DNA of 64,000 bases from an uncultured Chloroflexia bacterium. Its GTDB lineage: Bacteria > Chloroflexota > Limnocylindria > QHBO01. Positions 29,073 through 39,116 of the stretch are shown one piece after another. Both the position numbers and the translations under genes were made by a program. The stretch covers positions 32,001 through 96,000 of the forward strand of contig CAWFCQ010000008.1 of the NCBI GenBank assembly GCA_963814375.1. The letters run 5' to 3'. The notes under the pieces were generated by a model that saw nothing but the letters and a program-made list of their open reading frames with translations, made no database searches and was not told the DNA's origin. Numbering within the stretch: position 1 is the first letter of the stretch; each line of letters opens with the position of its first letter.

Positions 29073-30113
29073 CTAGAACCCGTACTGCGTGTAGTCGCTG
29101 ACGTTCTCCTGGGTCACCGTCGTCGCGTCCAGCTGGACACGCTGCGGGACCTCGGACTCGGCCAGGTCGGTCAGGCCGCAGCCGTGCGCGATGAGCCGCG
29201 CCAGGTTGACGGCACTGGCCGCCATGATCGGGTTGTAGAGGAAGGTCGCCGCATAGATGCCGCCCTCCTCGATCGCCGCCATGGCATTCGCCGATCCGCC
29301 GGCGCCGGTGAGGATCATCTCGTCCTCGCGGCCGGCGTTCTCGATGGCCTGCACGACGCCCTCGGCCATGTCGTCATCGTGGGTGTACACCGCGTCGATG
29401 TGCTCGTTGGCCTGGAGGATCGTCTCCATCACCTCGCGGCCGGTATCGGCGTTGAAGTCGCCGGGCTGCGAGGCCACGACGTTGATGTTCGAGCCCTCGA
29501 TGGCGTCCATGAAGCCCTGCGTCCGCAGGTCGGTGACGCTGATGCCGGCGATGCCCTGGATCTCGACGACGATCGCCTCGTCCAGGTCCGCCAGCTGCTC
29601 GCGCAGGAAGAGCCCTGCCGAACGGCCGATGCCGTAGTTGTCACCACCGATCCACGTGCGGAACGCGGTCGGCGAGGCGAACTCGCGGTCGATGTTCACG
29701 ACCGGAATGCCGCGGTCCATCAGCTCCTGGGCGACCGGCGTCAGCGCCGCGCCGTCGTAGGGCAGGATGGCGATGGCGTCGAGATCCTGCTCGGCCAGGG
29801 TCCGGATGTTGTTCGCCTGCTGGTCGGCATCGGTGCCGCCATTGGCGGACCGGAATTCGACGTCGCTGTGGCTCGCGGCCTCTTCTTCAGCGCCGGTGAT
29901 GACGGCGCCGAGCCAGCCGTGGTCGGCGGCCGGGGCCGAGAAGCCGATGGTGACCGTCTCGGACTCGTCACATTCGCCCGATCCGGTCGTCCCGCCGCCT
30001 CCACTCGGGCTGGCGTCGTCCCCGCCGCACGCGGCCAGGACGAGCCCGAGCGCCACGGCGAGCGTCAGGAAGCGAGGGGCCGCGCCCGCGGCCGTCGTAC
30101 CGATGAGTCGCAT
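29073..30113 (-). CDS. sugar ABC substrate-binding lipoprotein (RbsB-like)
   Basis: LAAC lipobox; GFSAPAADHGW, GIPVVNIDR, GGDNYGIG; GAGGAGG RBS. Confidence 0.9.
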   Translation of the reverse strand: MRLIGTTAAGAAPRFLTLAVALGLVLAACGGDDASPSGGGGTTGSGECDESETVTIGFSAPAADHGWLGAVITGAEEEAASHSDVEFRSANGGTDADQQANNIRTLAEQDLDAIAILPYDGAALTPVAQELMDRGIPVVNIDREFASPTAFRTWIGGDNYGIGRSAGLFLREQLADLDEAIVVEIQGIAGISVTDLRTQGFMDAIEGSNINVVASQPGDFNADTGREVMETILQANEHIDAVYTHDDDMAEGVVQAIENAGREDEMILTGAGGSANAMAAIEEGGIYAATFLYNPIMAASAVNLARLIAHGCGLTDLAESEVPQRVQLDATTVTQENVSDYTQYGF

Positions 30114-30171
30114 CGTTTGCCATTCCTCCTCAGTGCTCCAGTTCACGCTGGACCGGCGGAGCGTTACCCGC

Positions 30172-31176
30172 CTACTCCTCCTGATCCGCGCGGCGCTGGA
30201 GCATGACCGCCGCGAGGATGATTGCGCCCTTGATGATGAGCTGGGCGTCGTAGCTCATGTTCTGCAGGACGAAGATGTTGGTGATCATGGTCAGGATCAG
30301 GACGCCGTAGAGAGTCCCGATCAGAGAGCCGCGACCGCCGAAAAGGCTCACGCCGCCGACCACCACGGCGGCAATCGCGTCGAGCTCGGCGCCGGCGCCG
30401 GCGCTCGGCTGGGCCGTCCCGGTACGCGCGCTGACGAGTACCGCCGCGATCCCGGCGCACAGCCCGGAGATGGCGTACACGGCGAATTCGGTGCGGCGGA
30501 CGGGGATGCCGGAGAGGCGAGCCGCGATTCGATTGCCACCGACGGCATAGATCTGACGGCCGAATACGGTCCGGTTCAGCCCGAACCATCCGATGGCCAT
30601 GATCGCGGCGAAGATGATGACGACGTAAGGGATCGTGTCGAATAGCCGCCCGGCACCGACGGCGATGTACGCCTCGTCCTCGATGCGGACCGGCGCCGCA
30701 CCGGTGATCGTCAGGGCAAGGCCACGGGCGATCGTCAGCATCGCGAGGGTGGCGATGAACGGGACGACGCGACCCCACGTCACGAGCAGCCCGTTGGCGA
30801 CGCCGACCGCCAGGCCGGTCAGGACGCCGGCGATGACCATGCCCGGCGGGCCGAAGTCGCTGAATGTCGCCGCCGCGACGCCGGCCAGGGCGATGACCGA
30901 GCCGACCGAGAGGTCGATCCCGGCGGTGAGGATCACGTAGGTCATGCCGACCGCGAGGATCCCGATGACCGATGCCTGGACCAGGATGTTGAGGACGTTG
31001 CCCCAGCGGATCTCGATGCCGTCCTCGAAGCTGATCAAGAAGAATGGGCTCGTCAGCGTTCCGATGATGATGATCACGAGGAGGGCGATGGGCAGGCCGT
31101 AGGACCGCCAGTTGGCGGCGACGAACCGGGCCCATTCGCCGATGCGGGACGAGGAGTCGGCGGTCGTGGTCGTCAT
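30172..31176 (-). CDS. sugar ABC permease (RbsC-like)
   Basis: GIDLSVGS, PFIATLA, GRQIYAVGGN, ELDAIAAVVVGG. Confidence 0.92.
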   Translation of the reverse strand: MTTTTADSSSRIGEWARFVAANWRSYGLPIALLVIIIIGTLTSPFFLISFEDGIEIRWGNVLNILVQASVIGILAVGMTYVILTAGIDLSVGSVIALAGVAAATFSDFGPPGMVIAGVLTGLAVGVANGLLVTWGRVVPFIATLAMLTIARGLALTITGAAPVRIEDEAYIAVGAGRLFDTIPYVVIIFAAIMAIGWFGLNRTVFGRQIYAVGGNRIAARLSGIPVRRTEFAVYAISGLCAGIAAVLVSARTGTAQPSAGAGAELDAIAAVVVGGVSLFGGRGSLIGTLYGVLILTMITNIFVLQNMSYDAQLIIKGAIILAAVMLQRRADQEE

Positions 31177-31177
31177 C

Positions 31178-32458
31178 TCAGGATGCCACCGACAGCTGTC
31201 GGTCGAGCAGCTCGCCCGGCGTTCCCGCGTGGATCCAGGTCGCCAGCGACTCGAGCGAGAACAGCTGGTCGGCGACCATCGACGCCGCCCCCGTCACGCC
31301 GGCGCGGTCACCCAGCGCCGAGCGCTGAATCAGCAGCTCGCGCGTGGCGAGTGGGAGCGAGCGGCGATACACCGTTTCCCGGATCGAGGCCAGGAACAGG
31401 TCGCCGCTGGCCGCGACGCCACCGCCGATGACGATCAGCGACGGATTGAAGAAGTTCACCATGCCCGCGAGCATGCCGCCGACCAGCCGCCCGGCTCGTT
31501 GGAGGAGCTCGACGCTTGCCGGCTCGCCGCGGCGCGCTGCCTCGGCGACGTCACCGGCGGTCACGCGTCCATGGCGAGCGAGGGCCGCTGCCAGCCATGG
31601 GTTCGCCGGGTCGGCCGCCATCTCGGTCGCGATTCGTGCGATCGCGCCACCTCCTGCCGCAGCCTCGAGGCAGCCCACGTTTCCGCACCGGCACACGACC
31701 GACGGGTCGTCGACGACCTGGATGTGGCCCACATCGCCGGCCGCTCCCTGGGCGCCGCGGTGGAGCTGTCCGTCCGAGATCAGCCCGGCGCCGATGCCCG
31801 TTCCGATCTTGATGAAGATGACATTGGCGTGGCCGGCGGCGATGCCCTCGCGCCACTCCCCGAGCGCCATGACGTTGACGTCGTTATCGACCCAGACCGG
31901 CGCGCCGAAGCGCTGGGTGAAACGCTCTCGGATGGCGAACCCGTCCCAGCCCGGCATGATCGGCGGCGACACCGGGCGGGCGGTGCGGAACTCGACCGGG
32001 CCCGGCACACCGATGCCGACGCCCCACAGCGGCCCGGGTGCCGCGGCCAGCATCTCCGCGAAGTGCGCCTCGACAAGGCCGAGGATCGGCTCCGGCCCGT
32101 CGGCGATCTCTGCCGGCTCTGCCCGATGAGCGAGGATCGTTCCGGCCAGATCGGTGAGCGCAACGTCAACGCTCGTGGCCCCCAGGTCGGCAACCAAGAG
32201 GCGACCGGCCGATGCATTGAGGACGAGGCGTCGGGGAGGCCGCCCGCCACCGCTCGGAGCGGTGACGTCGTCGGTGATCAGGCCACGCTCCACGAGCTCA
32301 CCGACGCGCTGCGCGACGACCGCGCGACCCAGGCCGGTGCGATGGGCGACCTCGGTGCGCGACAGGCCGTCGGAGTGCCTGACGGCGTCGAGCACCGCGA
32401 TGAGGGCATCGAGTGCCTCATCCGGAAGAGTCACCGGCCGATCGGGCGGGTTTGCCAC
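31178..32458 (-). CDS. ROK family transcriptional regulator
   Basis: N-terminal HTH, GGRPP, GIGVPGPV, DNDVN, GTGIGAG, CRCGNVGCLE; GTG 7 nt after TATGCT. Confidence 0.92.
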   Translation of the reverse strand: MANPPDRPVTLPDEALDALIAVLDAVRHSDGLSRTEVAHRTGLGRAVVAQRVGELVERGLITDDVTAPSGGGRPPRRLVLNASAGRLLVADLGATSVDVALTDLAGTILAHRAEPAEIADGPEPILGLVEAHFAEMLAAAPGPLWGVGIGVPGPVEFRTARPVSPPIMPGWDGFAIRERFTQRFGAPVWVDNDVNVMALGEWREGIAAGHANVIFIKIGTGIGAGLISDGQLHRGAQGAAGDVGHIQVVDDPSVVCRCGNVGCLEAAAGGGAIARIATEMAADPANPWLAAALARHGRVTAGDVAEAARRGEPASVELLQRAGRLVGGMLAGMVNFFNPSLIVIGGGVAASGDLFLASIRETVYRRSLPLATRELLIQRSALGDRAGVTGAASMVADQLFSLESLATWIHAGTPGELLDRQLSVAS

Positions 32459-32469
32459 GCGCCGAGCAT

Positions 32470-32494
32470 ACTTCGGACTGTCAAGGGCCAAAGT
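32470..32494. promoter_or_regulatory. putative ROK operator, 25-bp dyad ACTTCGGAC-N7-GGCCAAAGT
   Basis: 7/9 inverted-repeat match abutting the -10 box of the ROK gene. Confidence 0.55.
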
Positions 32495-32591
32495 GAGCGG
32501 TTGAGCGGTCAATCATTCTCTTCTGCAACTCCGAGGCATCCGGATGCGTCGTAGTGGTCGTACCGATAGCGACCGGGGGAGGAGCAGACTC

Positions 32592-32723
32592 ATGGCAAAG
32601 CTCAATCATCAGAAACGGCACCGGCCACGGCCGGTCGCGACACGACGCCGTCGCGCGACGGTGCAGCGCACGCAGGAGCAGCGCAGCCGACGCGACCTGG
32701 AGCGCTGGCGCAAGTCCTCCTGA
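32592..32723 (+). CDS. small basic protein (43 aa), absent from the ORF track
   Basis: GGAGGAG RBS 8 nt before the ATG; MAKLNHQKRHRPRPVATRRRRATVQRTQEQRSRRDLERWRKSS; followed by a terminator. Confidence 0.6.
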   Translation: MAKLNHQKRHRPRPVATRRRRATVQRTQEQRSRRDLERWRKSS

Positions 32724-32750
32724 CGTCCACCCACAACAACCACCGATCAC

Positions 32751-32783
32751 CGACCCGGCCCTTGGGGCCGGGTCGTTTGCTTT
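32751..32783 (+). terminator. Rho-independent terminator
   Basis: CGACCCGGCCC-TTG-GGGCCGGGTCG followed by TTTGCTTT. Confidence 0.8.
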
Positions 32784-32800
32784 GGTAGACTCGCGCCCCG

Positions 32801-33952
32801 ATGGACTTTGCCCTCTCGCCGCAGCATGAAGAGATCCGCCGCACCGTGCGCGAGTTCGCCGAACGGCGCATCGCACCGGTCGCGGACGAGCTCGAGCGGA
32901 AGGGCGAGTTCCCGATGGAGATCATCCGCGAGGCGGCCGCGCTCGGGCTGCTCGGGGTGCCGTATCCGGAGGAGATCGGCGGAACCGGCCTGGACTCGCT
33001 CGCCTATGCCATCACCGTCGAGGAGCTCAGCCGCGTCAGCGGATCGGTCGGGATCATCGTCAGCGCGCACACCAGCCTGGGCTGCAACCCGATCTGGCTC
33101 GCCGGGACCGATGAGCAGAAGGAGCGCTACCTCCGCCCCATGGCGTCCGGCGAGGTCATCGGCGCGTACGGCTTGACGGAACCCGATGCCGGCAGCGACT
33201 CGCGCGGCACCCGGACGCGAGCCCGCCGCGACGGCGACTCATGGGTCCTCGACGGCAGCAAGCGCTTCATCACCAACGCGGGCGTGGCGGGAACCTACGT
33301 CGTGACGGCGGTGACCGACCGCGAGCAGGAGAGCGGCAAGATCAGCGCCTTCATCGTCGAGGCCGACACGCCCGGGTTCAGCATCGGCCGCATGGAGGAG
33401 AAGATGGGCCTCCATGCCAGCAACACCGGTGAGCTGCTCTTCGATGGCTGCCGGATCCCGGCCGACAACCTGCTCGGCGCCGAAGGGGAGGGGGACAAGC
33501 TCTTCCTCAAGACGCTCGACGGCGGTCGCATCGGCATCGCGTCGATGGCACTCGGGCTGGCGCAGGCCGCGTACGAGGCGGCATCGGCCTACGCGAAGGA
33601 GCGCAAGCAATTCGGGCGGCCGATCGGCTCATTCCAGGGCGTGGCCTTCATGGTGGCCGACATGGCCATGACCATCGATGCGGCGCGGCTGCTCACCTAC
33701 CGCGCGGCGTGGCTCAAGGACTGCGGCAAGCCGTATGGCACCGAGGCGGCGATGGCCAAGCTCTTCGCCAGCGAGGTCGCGCGCGACGTCACCAACGACG
33801 CGATCCAGGTGCACGGCGGCTATGGCTACATCACCGAGTACAAGGTCGAGCGCTACCTGCGCGACGCGAAGCTCACCGAGATCGGGGAGGGCACGAGCCA
33901 GATCCAGCGCCTGGTGATCGCGCGAGACCTTCTGGGCATCCGCGCGATGTAA
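32801..33952 (+). CDS. acyl-CoA dehydrogenase
   Basis: YGLTEPDAGSD, GSKRFITN, KMGLHASNT, ERKQFGRPI, QVHGGYGY, IGEGTSQIQR. Confidence 0.95.
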   Translation: MDFALSPQHEEIRRTVREFAERRIAPVADELERKGEFPMEIIREAAALGLLGVPYPEEIGGTGLDSLAYAITVEELSRVSGSVGIIVSAHTSLGCNPIWLAGTDEQKERYLRPMASGEVIGAYGLTEPDAGSDSRGTRTRARRDGDSWVLDGSKRFITNAGVAGTYVVTAVTDREQESGKISAFIVEADTPGFSIGRMEEKMGLHASNTGELLFDGCRIPADNLLGAEGEGDKLFLKTLDGGRIGIASMALGLAQAAYEAASAYAKERKQFGRPIGSFQGVAFMVADMAMTIDAARLLTYRAAWLKDCGKPYGTEAAMAKLFASEVARDVTNDAIQVHGGYGYITEYKVERYLRDAKLTEIGEGTSQIQRLVIARDLLGIRAM

Positions 33953-34009
33953 GGGAGTCGTTCCTGCTAGGCTCCGCCTTCAGCACGACCCCACGAGGAC
34001 AGCCCTTCC

Positions 34010-34601
34010 ATGAGCAGCCGCATCGACGAGCTGGACGCCATCGTCCGCCAGTTCGACCTCAACGAGCATCCCTTCTACACCGAGTGGCGCGCCGGCACGC
34101 TGCCAGTCGAGCGCCTCGCCGACTACGCGGACGAATGGGCGCCGTTCATCGGCGCGGTCGACGCAGGCTGGGAGCGCATCGGCTATCCGGACTACGCCGC
34201 CGAGGAGCGCGAGCACGACTCGTCTCTGGGCGCGCTTCCGAGCGGCGCTCGGCGCGACCTCCGAGATGCGCCGGCCGCAGTCGAGGACGCTGCTCGCTGT
34301 GGGTGACAACGCATTCGCATCGGTGCCGGAGGCGCTCGGGGCGCTCTACAGCTTCGAGGTCCAGCAGCCGAAGACGGCGACATCCAAGCTCGACGGCCTG
34401 CGGGAGCACTATGCCGGCACGGTCGACGCCGATGCCCAGCAGTACTTCGTGGAGCACGCGGTCGAGACCGATGAGCCGGCGATGCTGGCGGCCATGATCG
34501 ACACGCTCTCGGACGGCGAGTTCGCGCGAGCGAAGACGGCCTGCGCCATCTTCAGTGCCGCGGCGTGGGGCGCCCTCGACGGGGTCTACTACACCGACTG
34601 A
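34010..34601 (+). pseudogene. CADD/PqqC-like heme-oxygenase-fold diiron protein, +1 frameshift near 34220-34224 (possibly an assembly error)
   Basis: HPFYTEWRAGTL, EEREH, then in the shifted frame LWARFRAALG...ALYSFEVQQP...KLDGLREHY...YFVEH. Confidence 0.8.
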
Positions 34602-34607
34602 CGCGGC

Positions 34608-34997
34608 CTAGCCGCGGCGGTTGCTGAACTCGACCGACCAGCGCCAGGCGGAGCCGTCCTCCTCGTTCCACCATGCGGTGAGGATGCCCGCCTCGCCGCC
34701 GGGCAGGATGACGACCGTGCCAAGGTCGGCCTCGGTCGGCCATCGGTCCTCGCGCTTGACCGCGTCGCCCTCGAGCGCAAGCCGGGTCATCGGGAGGTAG
34801 CCGCCCGACCGCGAGAGGGCCTCGCCTCGGGCGATGACCTGATCGTCACCCTGGCGAACCGTTACCGAGACACGCCGTGGCAGTGCATGGGCCCAGACGA
34901 CCTCGGCCGGATCGATGCGGGCGCGGGCGATGGGCAGGCCGGTGGCACCCGCGCTCGGGTACCACAGCTCCCAGGTATGGACGTGATCGAATGCCAT
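34608..34997 (-). CDS. hypothetical protein (129 aa, Trp-rich)
   Basis: 4 nt downstream of the ligase gene; WELWYP, VILPGGEAG, WRWSVEF. Confidence 0.7.
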   Translation of the reverse strand: MAFDHVHTWELWYPSAGATGLPIARARIDPAEVVWAHALPRRVSVTVRQGDDQVIARGEALSRSGGYLPMTRLALEGDAVKREDRWPTEADLGTVVILPGGEAGILTAWWNEEDGSAWRWSVEFSNRRG

Positions 34998-35001
34998 CGC
35001 T

Positions 35002-36980
35002 TCAGGTTACTCGCGCGTTGTCGGTGTGGCGCCGACGTGCGAGCTCGACGAACGCGTCCAGCGAGGTCGGATCGGCGAGCGCGCCCTGCGCTGCCGCGAC
35101 CTCGGCTGACGTGCCGGTGAGGATCCGCTTCACGGGGATCTCGAGCTTCTTGCCGGTCAGGGTGCGCGGGATGACAGGGACGGCGATGACCTCGTCCGGC
35201 ACGTGGCGCGGCGAGAGTGTCGTGCGCAGCTCGCTGACGAGGCGCTTGCGCAGGTCATCGGTCAGCTCGGTGCCCTCGCGCAGCGCGAGGAAGAGCAGCA
35301 AGTCGGTCATCGGCGTCCAGGTGGACGACCAGTGAGTCCGCCACCTCGGGCAGCCCTTCGACGACCGCGTAGAACTCGGCGGTCCCGATGCGGACGCCGC
35401 CGCGGTTGAGGGTCGCATCGGAGCGCCCGCTGATGACGCACGAGCCTCGGTCGCTGAAGGTGATCCAGTCACCGTGGCGCCATACGCCGGGCCATTCGTC
35501 GAAGTACGCCTCGCGGTAGCGCGCGCCATCGGGGTCGTTCCAGAAGCCGACCGGCATGGACGGCATCGGTCGCGTCACCACCAGCTCTCCCTGCTCGCCG
35601 ACGAGCGCCTCGCCAGTCGGGGAGTAGGCCTCGACGGCGCAGCCGAGGTGGCGGCAGCTGATCTCGCCCTCCCAGACCGGCACGAGTGGCGAGGCGCCGA
35701 CGAAGGCGGTGCACACATCGGTGCCGCCGGAGACGGATTGGAGATGGACCGATGGGCTGATCGCCTCGTAGACGTATCGAAACCCCTCGGCCGGGAGCGG
35801 CGCGCCGGTGCTGCCGATGCCCCGGATGGTCGACAGGTCCGCGATGTCGCCCGGTCGGAGCCCTTCCTTGCGGCACGCCATCAGGTACGGCGCGGATGTG
35901 CCGAAGTAGGTGACACCCTCATCCGCTGAGAGGCGCCACAGTGCCGAGAGGTCCGGGTGGGCCGGCGATCCGTCGTACAGCACGATGGTGGAGTCGACGA
36001 GCAGGCCACCGACGAGGTAGTTCCACATCATCCAGCCGGTGGTGCTGAACCAGAAGAACCGGTCCGCGGTGCCGAGATCATGGTGCAGGGCGTGGATTTT
36101 GAGGTGCTCGAGCAGGATGCCGCCGTGCCCATGGATGATCGGCTTCGGGAGGCCCGTCGTCCCGGAGCTGTACAGCACGAACAGCGGGTGGTCGAACGCG
36201 ACCTGGTCGAACGACCAGGTCGGCGCGCTCGGCGCGCAGGTCGCTCCAGGTGAGCGAGTCCGGAATTCGCTCGGGATCCGGCCGCAGGTAGGGGAGCACG
36301 ACGGTCGCGGCCAGGGTCGGCAGCGCTTCGCGGATCGCGGCGATCTCCTCGGCTCGATCTACCTCGCGCTCCCCGTAGCGATAGCCGTCGATGGTGAGCA
36401 GCACCCTTGGCTCGATCTGGCTCCAGCGATCGACGACGGAGCGAGTGCCAAACTCGGGAGCGCAGCTCGACCAGATCGCCCCGAGCGAAGCCGTCGCGAG
36501 GAGGCCGATGGCGGCCTCCGGCACATTGGGCAGGTACGCGGCTACGCGATCACCGCGGCCGACACCGAGCCGCACCAGGCCGGCCCGGACGCGCGCGACC
36601 TCGTCACGCAGCTCGGCCGCCGTCAGCGACACCGGCTCGCGCGTCTGCGACCGCGCGACGATCACCGTCTCGTCGTCGGCGCGCTGCGCGAGGCGCAGGC
36701 AGTGCTCCGCCCAGTTGAGCCTGGCGTCCGGGAACCAGCGCGCGCCCGGCATGCGTGGGTCGGCCATCGCCGGCCCCGGTTCGGTCCTGGAGCGCACGTC
36801 GAAGTGGTCCCAGATCGATTGCCAGAACGCGCCGACGTCGGTGATCGACCAGCGGTGAAGGGCCTCGTAGTCATCGAAGCGCAGCCCGCGCTCGTCGGAG
36901 AGCCAGCGGAGGTAGGCGCCGATGCGGGTTCGCTCGCGGACATCGGGCGACGGCGACCACAGCACGGGCGGCGGGGGCAT
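35002..36980 (-). pseudogene. acetoacetate--CoA ligase, two +1 frameshifts (~36212, ~35302; possibly assembly errors)
   Basis: WFPDARLNWAE, GAIWSSCAPEFG, FDHPLFVLYSSGTTGLPKPIIHGHGG, TTGWMMWN, SGGTDVCT, GRSDATLNRGGVRIGT, TLTGKKLEIPVK. Confidence 0.9.
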
Positions 36981-37023
36981 GGCGGCGATGATGCCAGAGT
37001 CCGGCGCTACCATGGCCGCCCCG

Positions 37024-39111
37024 ATGCTCGCCGCCGTGCTCGCGCTCCTCATCGCCACCAGTCCGACGGCGGCGCCGCCCGCCCCGGAGGCGGTCGCGGC
37101 CGTGCCCGACGAGCCGGGCGCCTTCTTCCTGCCCGAGGCGCCGACCTACCAGGCGGTTGCCGCCGACCTGGATGGGGACGGCGCCCGAGACCTCATCCGC
37201 CTCGTCCGCGCGCCGCGCGGGGCGATCCTGGCCGAGGCCTGGACGGAGGCCGACTCCGACTGGGCCCTGCTCGACACTGTGCTGGCCGTCCCGGAGATGC
37301 CATCCGGTGGCGTGGCCGAGGTGCTCTATGCCGGCGCGCCGGTGCGCCTCATCGTTCGGCGCGTCGGAGACCGGGAACGAGTGTCGCTCGTACGGCAGCC
37401 GCGCTTCCAGGAGCCCGGGTTCGACACCGGATGCTGTCTCCTCATCCACGACATGGCATTGGAACGAGGTGAGCTCCTCCTCCGCACGGCCGCGGACGCG
37501 GTCGACAGCGCCACCGACCTGGTGGCCATCGACCTCGACGGGGACGGCACCGACGAGATCGTGACATCGCGCCCGATTCCGCCGCTCGACGACATCGAGA
37601 TCTCGGTCGAGATGAGCGTCATGCGCTGGCTCGGCGATCGGTTCGGGCCGCCCGTGGCGACGCGGTTGCCGCTTCCGCCGAGCCTTGGCCTCTTCTCCCT
37701 CGGGGACAGCGATGGAGCGCCGGGGGACGAGATCGGCCTGCTGGGCGAAACGCTGGTGCGCGTCGCCAGCGGGGTCGGCGACAGCCTCCGTGCCGAGGAT
37801 TCGGGGCTGTCGGCGTCCGAGGCCATCGCCGTGCCGCTGGGCGGAGGACGTGGCATCGCGCTGATAGCTGCTGGCGTCACGGTCCACGTCTGGCCCCCGC
37901 GCGAGCCTCCGGGCGCGGCAATCGGCGTGGCGTCGATCCGGAGCGCGCGCCTGCTTGGCCTCGTCGCCGAGGAAGGGGCGACCTACCTGCTGGTGCACCA
38001 GTCGCCCACGCTGGCGCTGCATCGGCTCCGCCTACCCGACCTGTCGCCGCTCGGTGGCGTGTCAGTCGTGCGCAGCGAGGCGGCTGCGGCGCTGGATGGC
38101 GGACCGATCGAGGCCTATGTCGGTGCGCTGCCGGGAGCGCCCGAGCCCGAAGCCGGCGCTCTCTTCGCCGGACGGCTCGTGCCATCGGCCGATGCTTCTC
38201 CGCCCGGCATGCCGCAGTCGCCGGCAGAGGTCGCGACCCTCGCGGCGACGCGCCCGATCGGCCTCGTCGGCACGGGCGGCCGGTGGCTGGCGCTGATGCA
38301 TGGACCCTTTGGTTTCGGGACCGTCGGACCCCACGGCGGGCCGCTCGACGCGCCGAGCGTGCAGCCGGGCTCCGGGGTCAGCCTGGCGCCGATGGCTGCC
38401 TGGCTCGAGCCGGAGGCGGATGCCGCCGCCTTCGAGCCGCCGATTTCGGCGACTCATCAGCTCGATGAGCTCGGAACCATCGCCGTCGACAGCCGCGGCC
38501 TCGTGGCGCGCATCAGCGCGCCGCCCGGTTCGCGCGTGTACGTGGCCGATGCCGATCCATCGGTACCGCGATCCGTTCGCCTGGTGCCGTCGACGGGCGT
38601 CGTCGACGTGGCGATGGTGCCGCCGGACGACGCGGCCGGCAGCGGCAGGGCGCGGATGCGGCTGGCCGTCGTGACCGCCGCCGGGCATGCCTATTCGGCC
38701 GGGTGGGGCGTGCGCGTCCTCGCGGGGCCGCCAGCACTCGAGGCCTCCGTCGCCACGGCCATCGGATCACCCGATGTCATCGTTTCCGGGACGACCGTGC
38801 CGTACGCCGCCGTCAACGTCGCGGGGCGGCCCGTGGCGGTCGACGACCACGGACGCTTCGAGGCGCGCGTGCCGCTGCCGCCATGGCCGACGGACGTCCA
38901 CGTCGCAGCCGTCGATCCGGTGGGCAACCAGGCGACGGTGGCGCTGAGCGGGGTCGGCATCCTCGACTATCGCGGCCTGCCGTGGATCCCACTGGCGGTG
39001 CTGATGGTGGGACTGGCCGCCGCTGTGCTCGTCATTCGCGTGCCCCACCTGCGGGCCGAGCCACAGCGGGTGTCCGACGACGCGATCCTGGAGGAGCTCG
39101 AACCCGACTGA
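37024..39111 (+). CDS. secreted, C-terminally membrane-anchored protein with FG-GAP/VCBS-like Ca-binding motifs and an Ig-like domain
   Basis: Signal peptide; ADLDGDGARDLI, IDLDGDGTDEIV, GDSDGAPGDEI; AVDPVGN; C-terminal TM; start 37012 or 37024. Confidence 0.75.
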   Translation: MLAAVLALLIATSPTAAPPAPEAVAAVPDEPGAFFLPEAPTYQAVAADLDGDGARDLIRLVRAPRGAILAEAWTEADSDWALLDTVLAVPEMPSGGVAEVLYAGAPVRLIVRRVGDRERVSLVRQPRFQEPGFDTGCCLLIHDMALERGELLLRTAADAVDSATDLVAIDLDGDGTDEIVTSRPIPPLDDIEISVEMSVMRWLGDRFGPPVATRLPLPPSLGLFSLGDSDGAPGDEIGLLGETLVRVASGVGDSLRAEDSGLSASEAIAVPLGGGRGIALIAAGVTVHVWPPREPPGAAIGVASIRSARLLGLVAEEGATYLLVHQSPTLALHRLRLPDLSPLGGVSVVRSEAAAALDGGPIEAYVGALPGAPEPEAGALFAGRLVPSADASPPGMPQSPAEVATLAATRPIGLVGTGGRWLALMHGPFGFGTVGPHGGPLDAPSVQPGSGVSLAPMAAWLEPEADAAAFEPPISATHQLDELGTIAVDSRGLVARISAPPGSRVYVADADPSVPRSVRLVPSTGVVDVAMVPPDDAAGSGRARMRLAVVTAAGHAYSAGWGVRVLAGPPALEASVATAIGSPDVIVSGTTVPYAAVNVAGRPVAVDDHGRFEARVPLPPWPTDVHVAAVDPVGNQATVALSGVGILDYRGLPWIPLAVLMVGLAAAVLVIRVPHLRAEPQRVSDDAILEELEPD

Positions 39112-39116
39112 GACCG

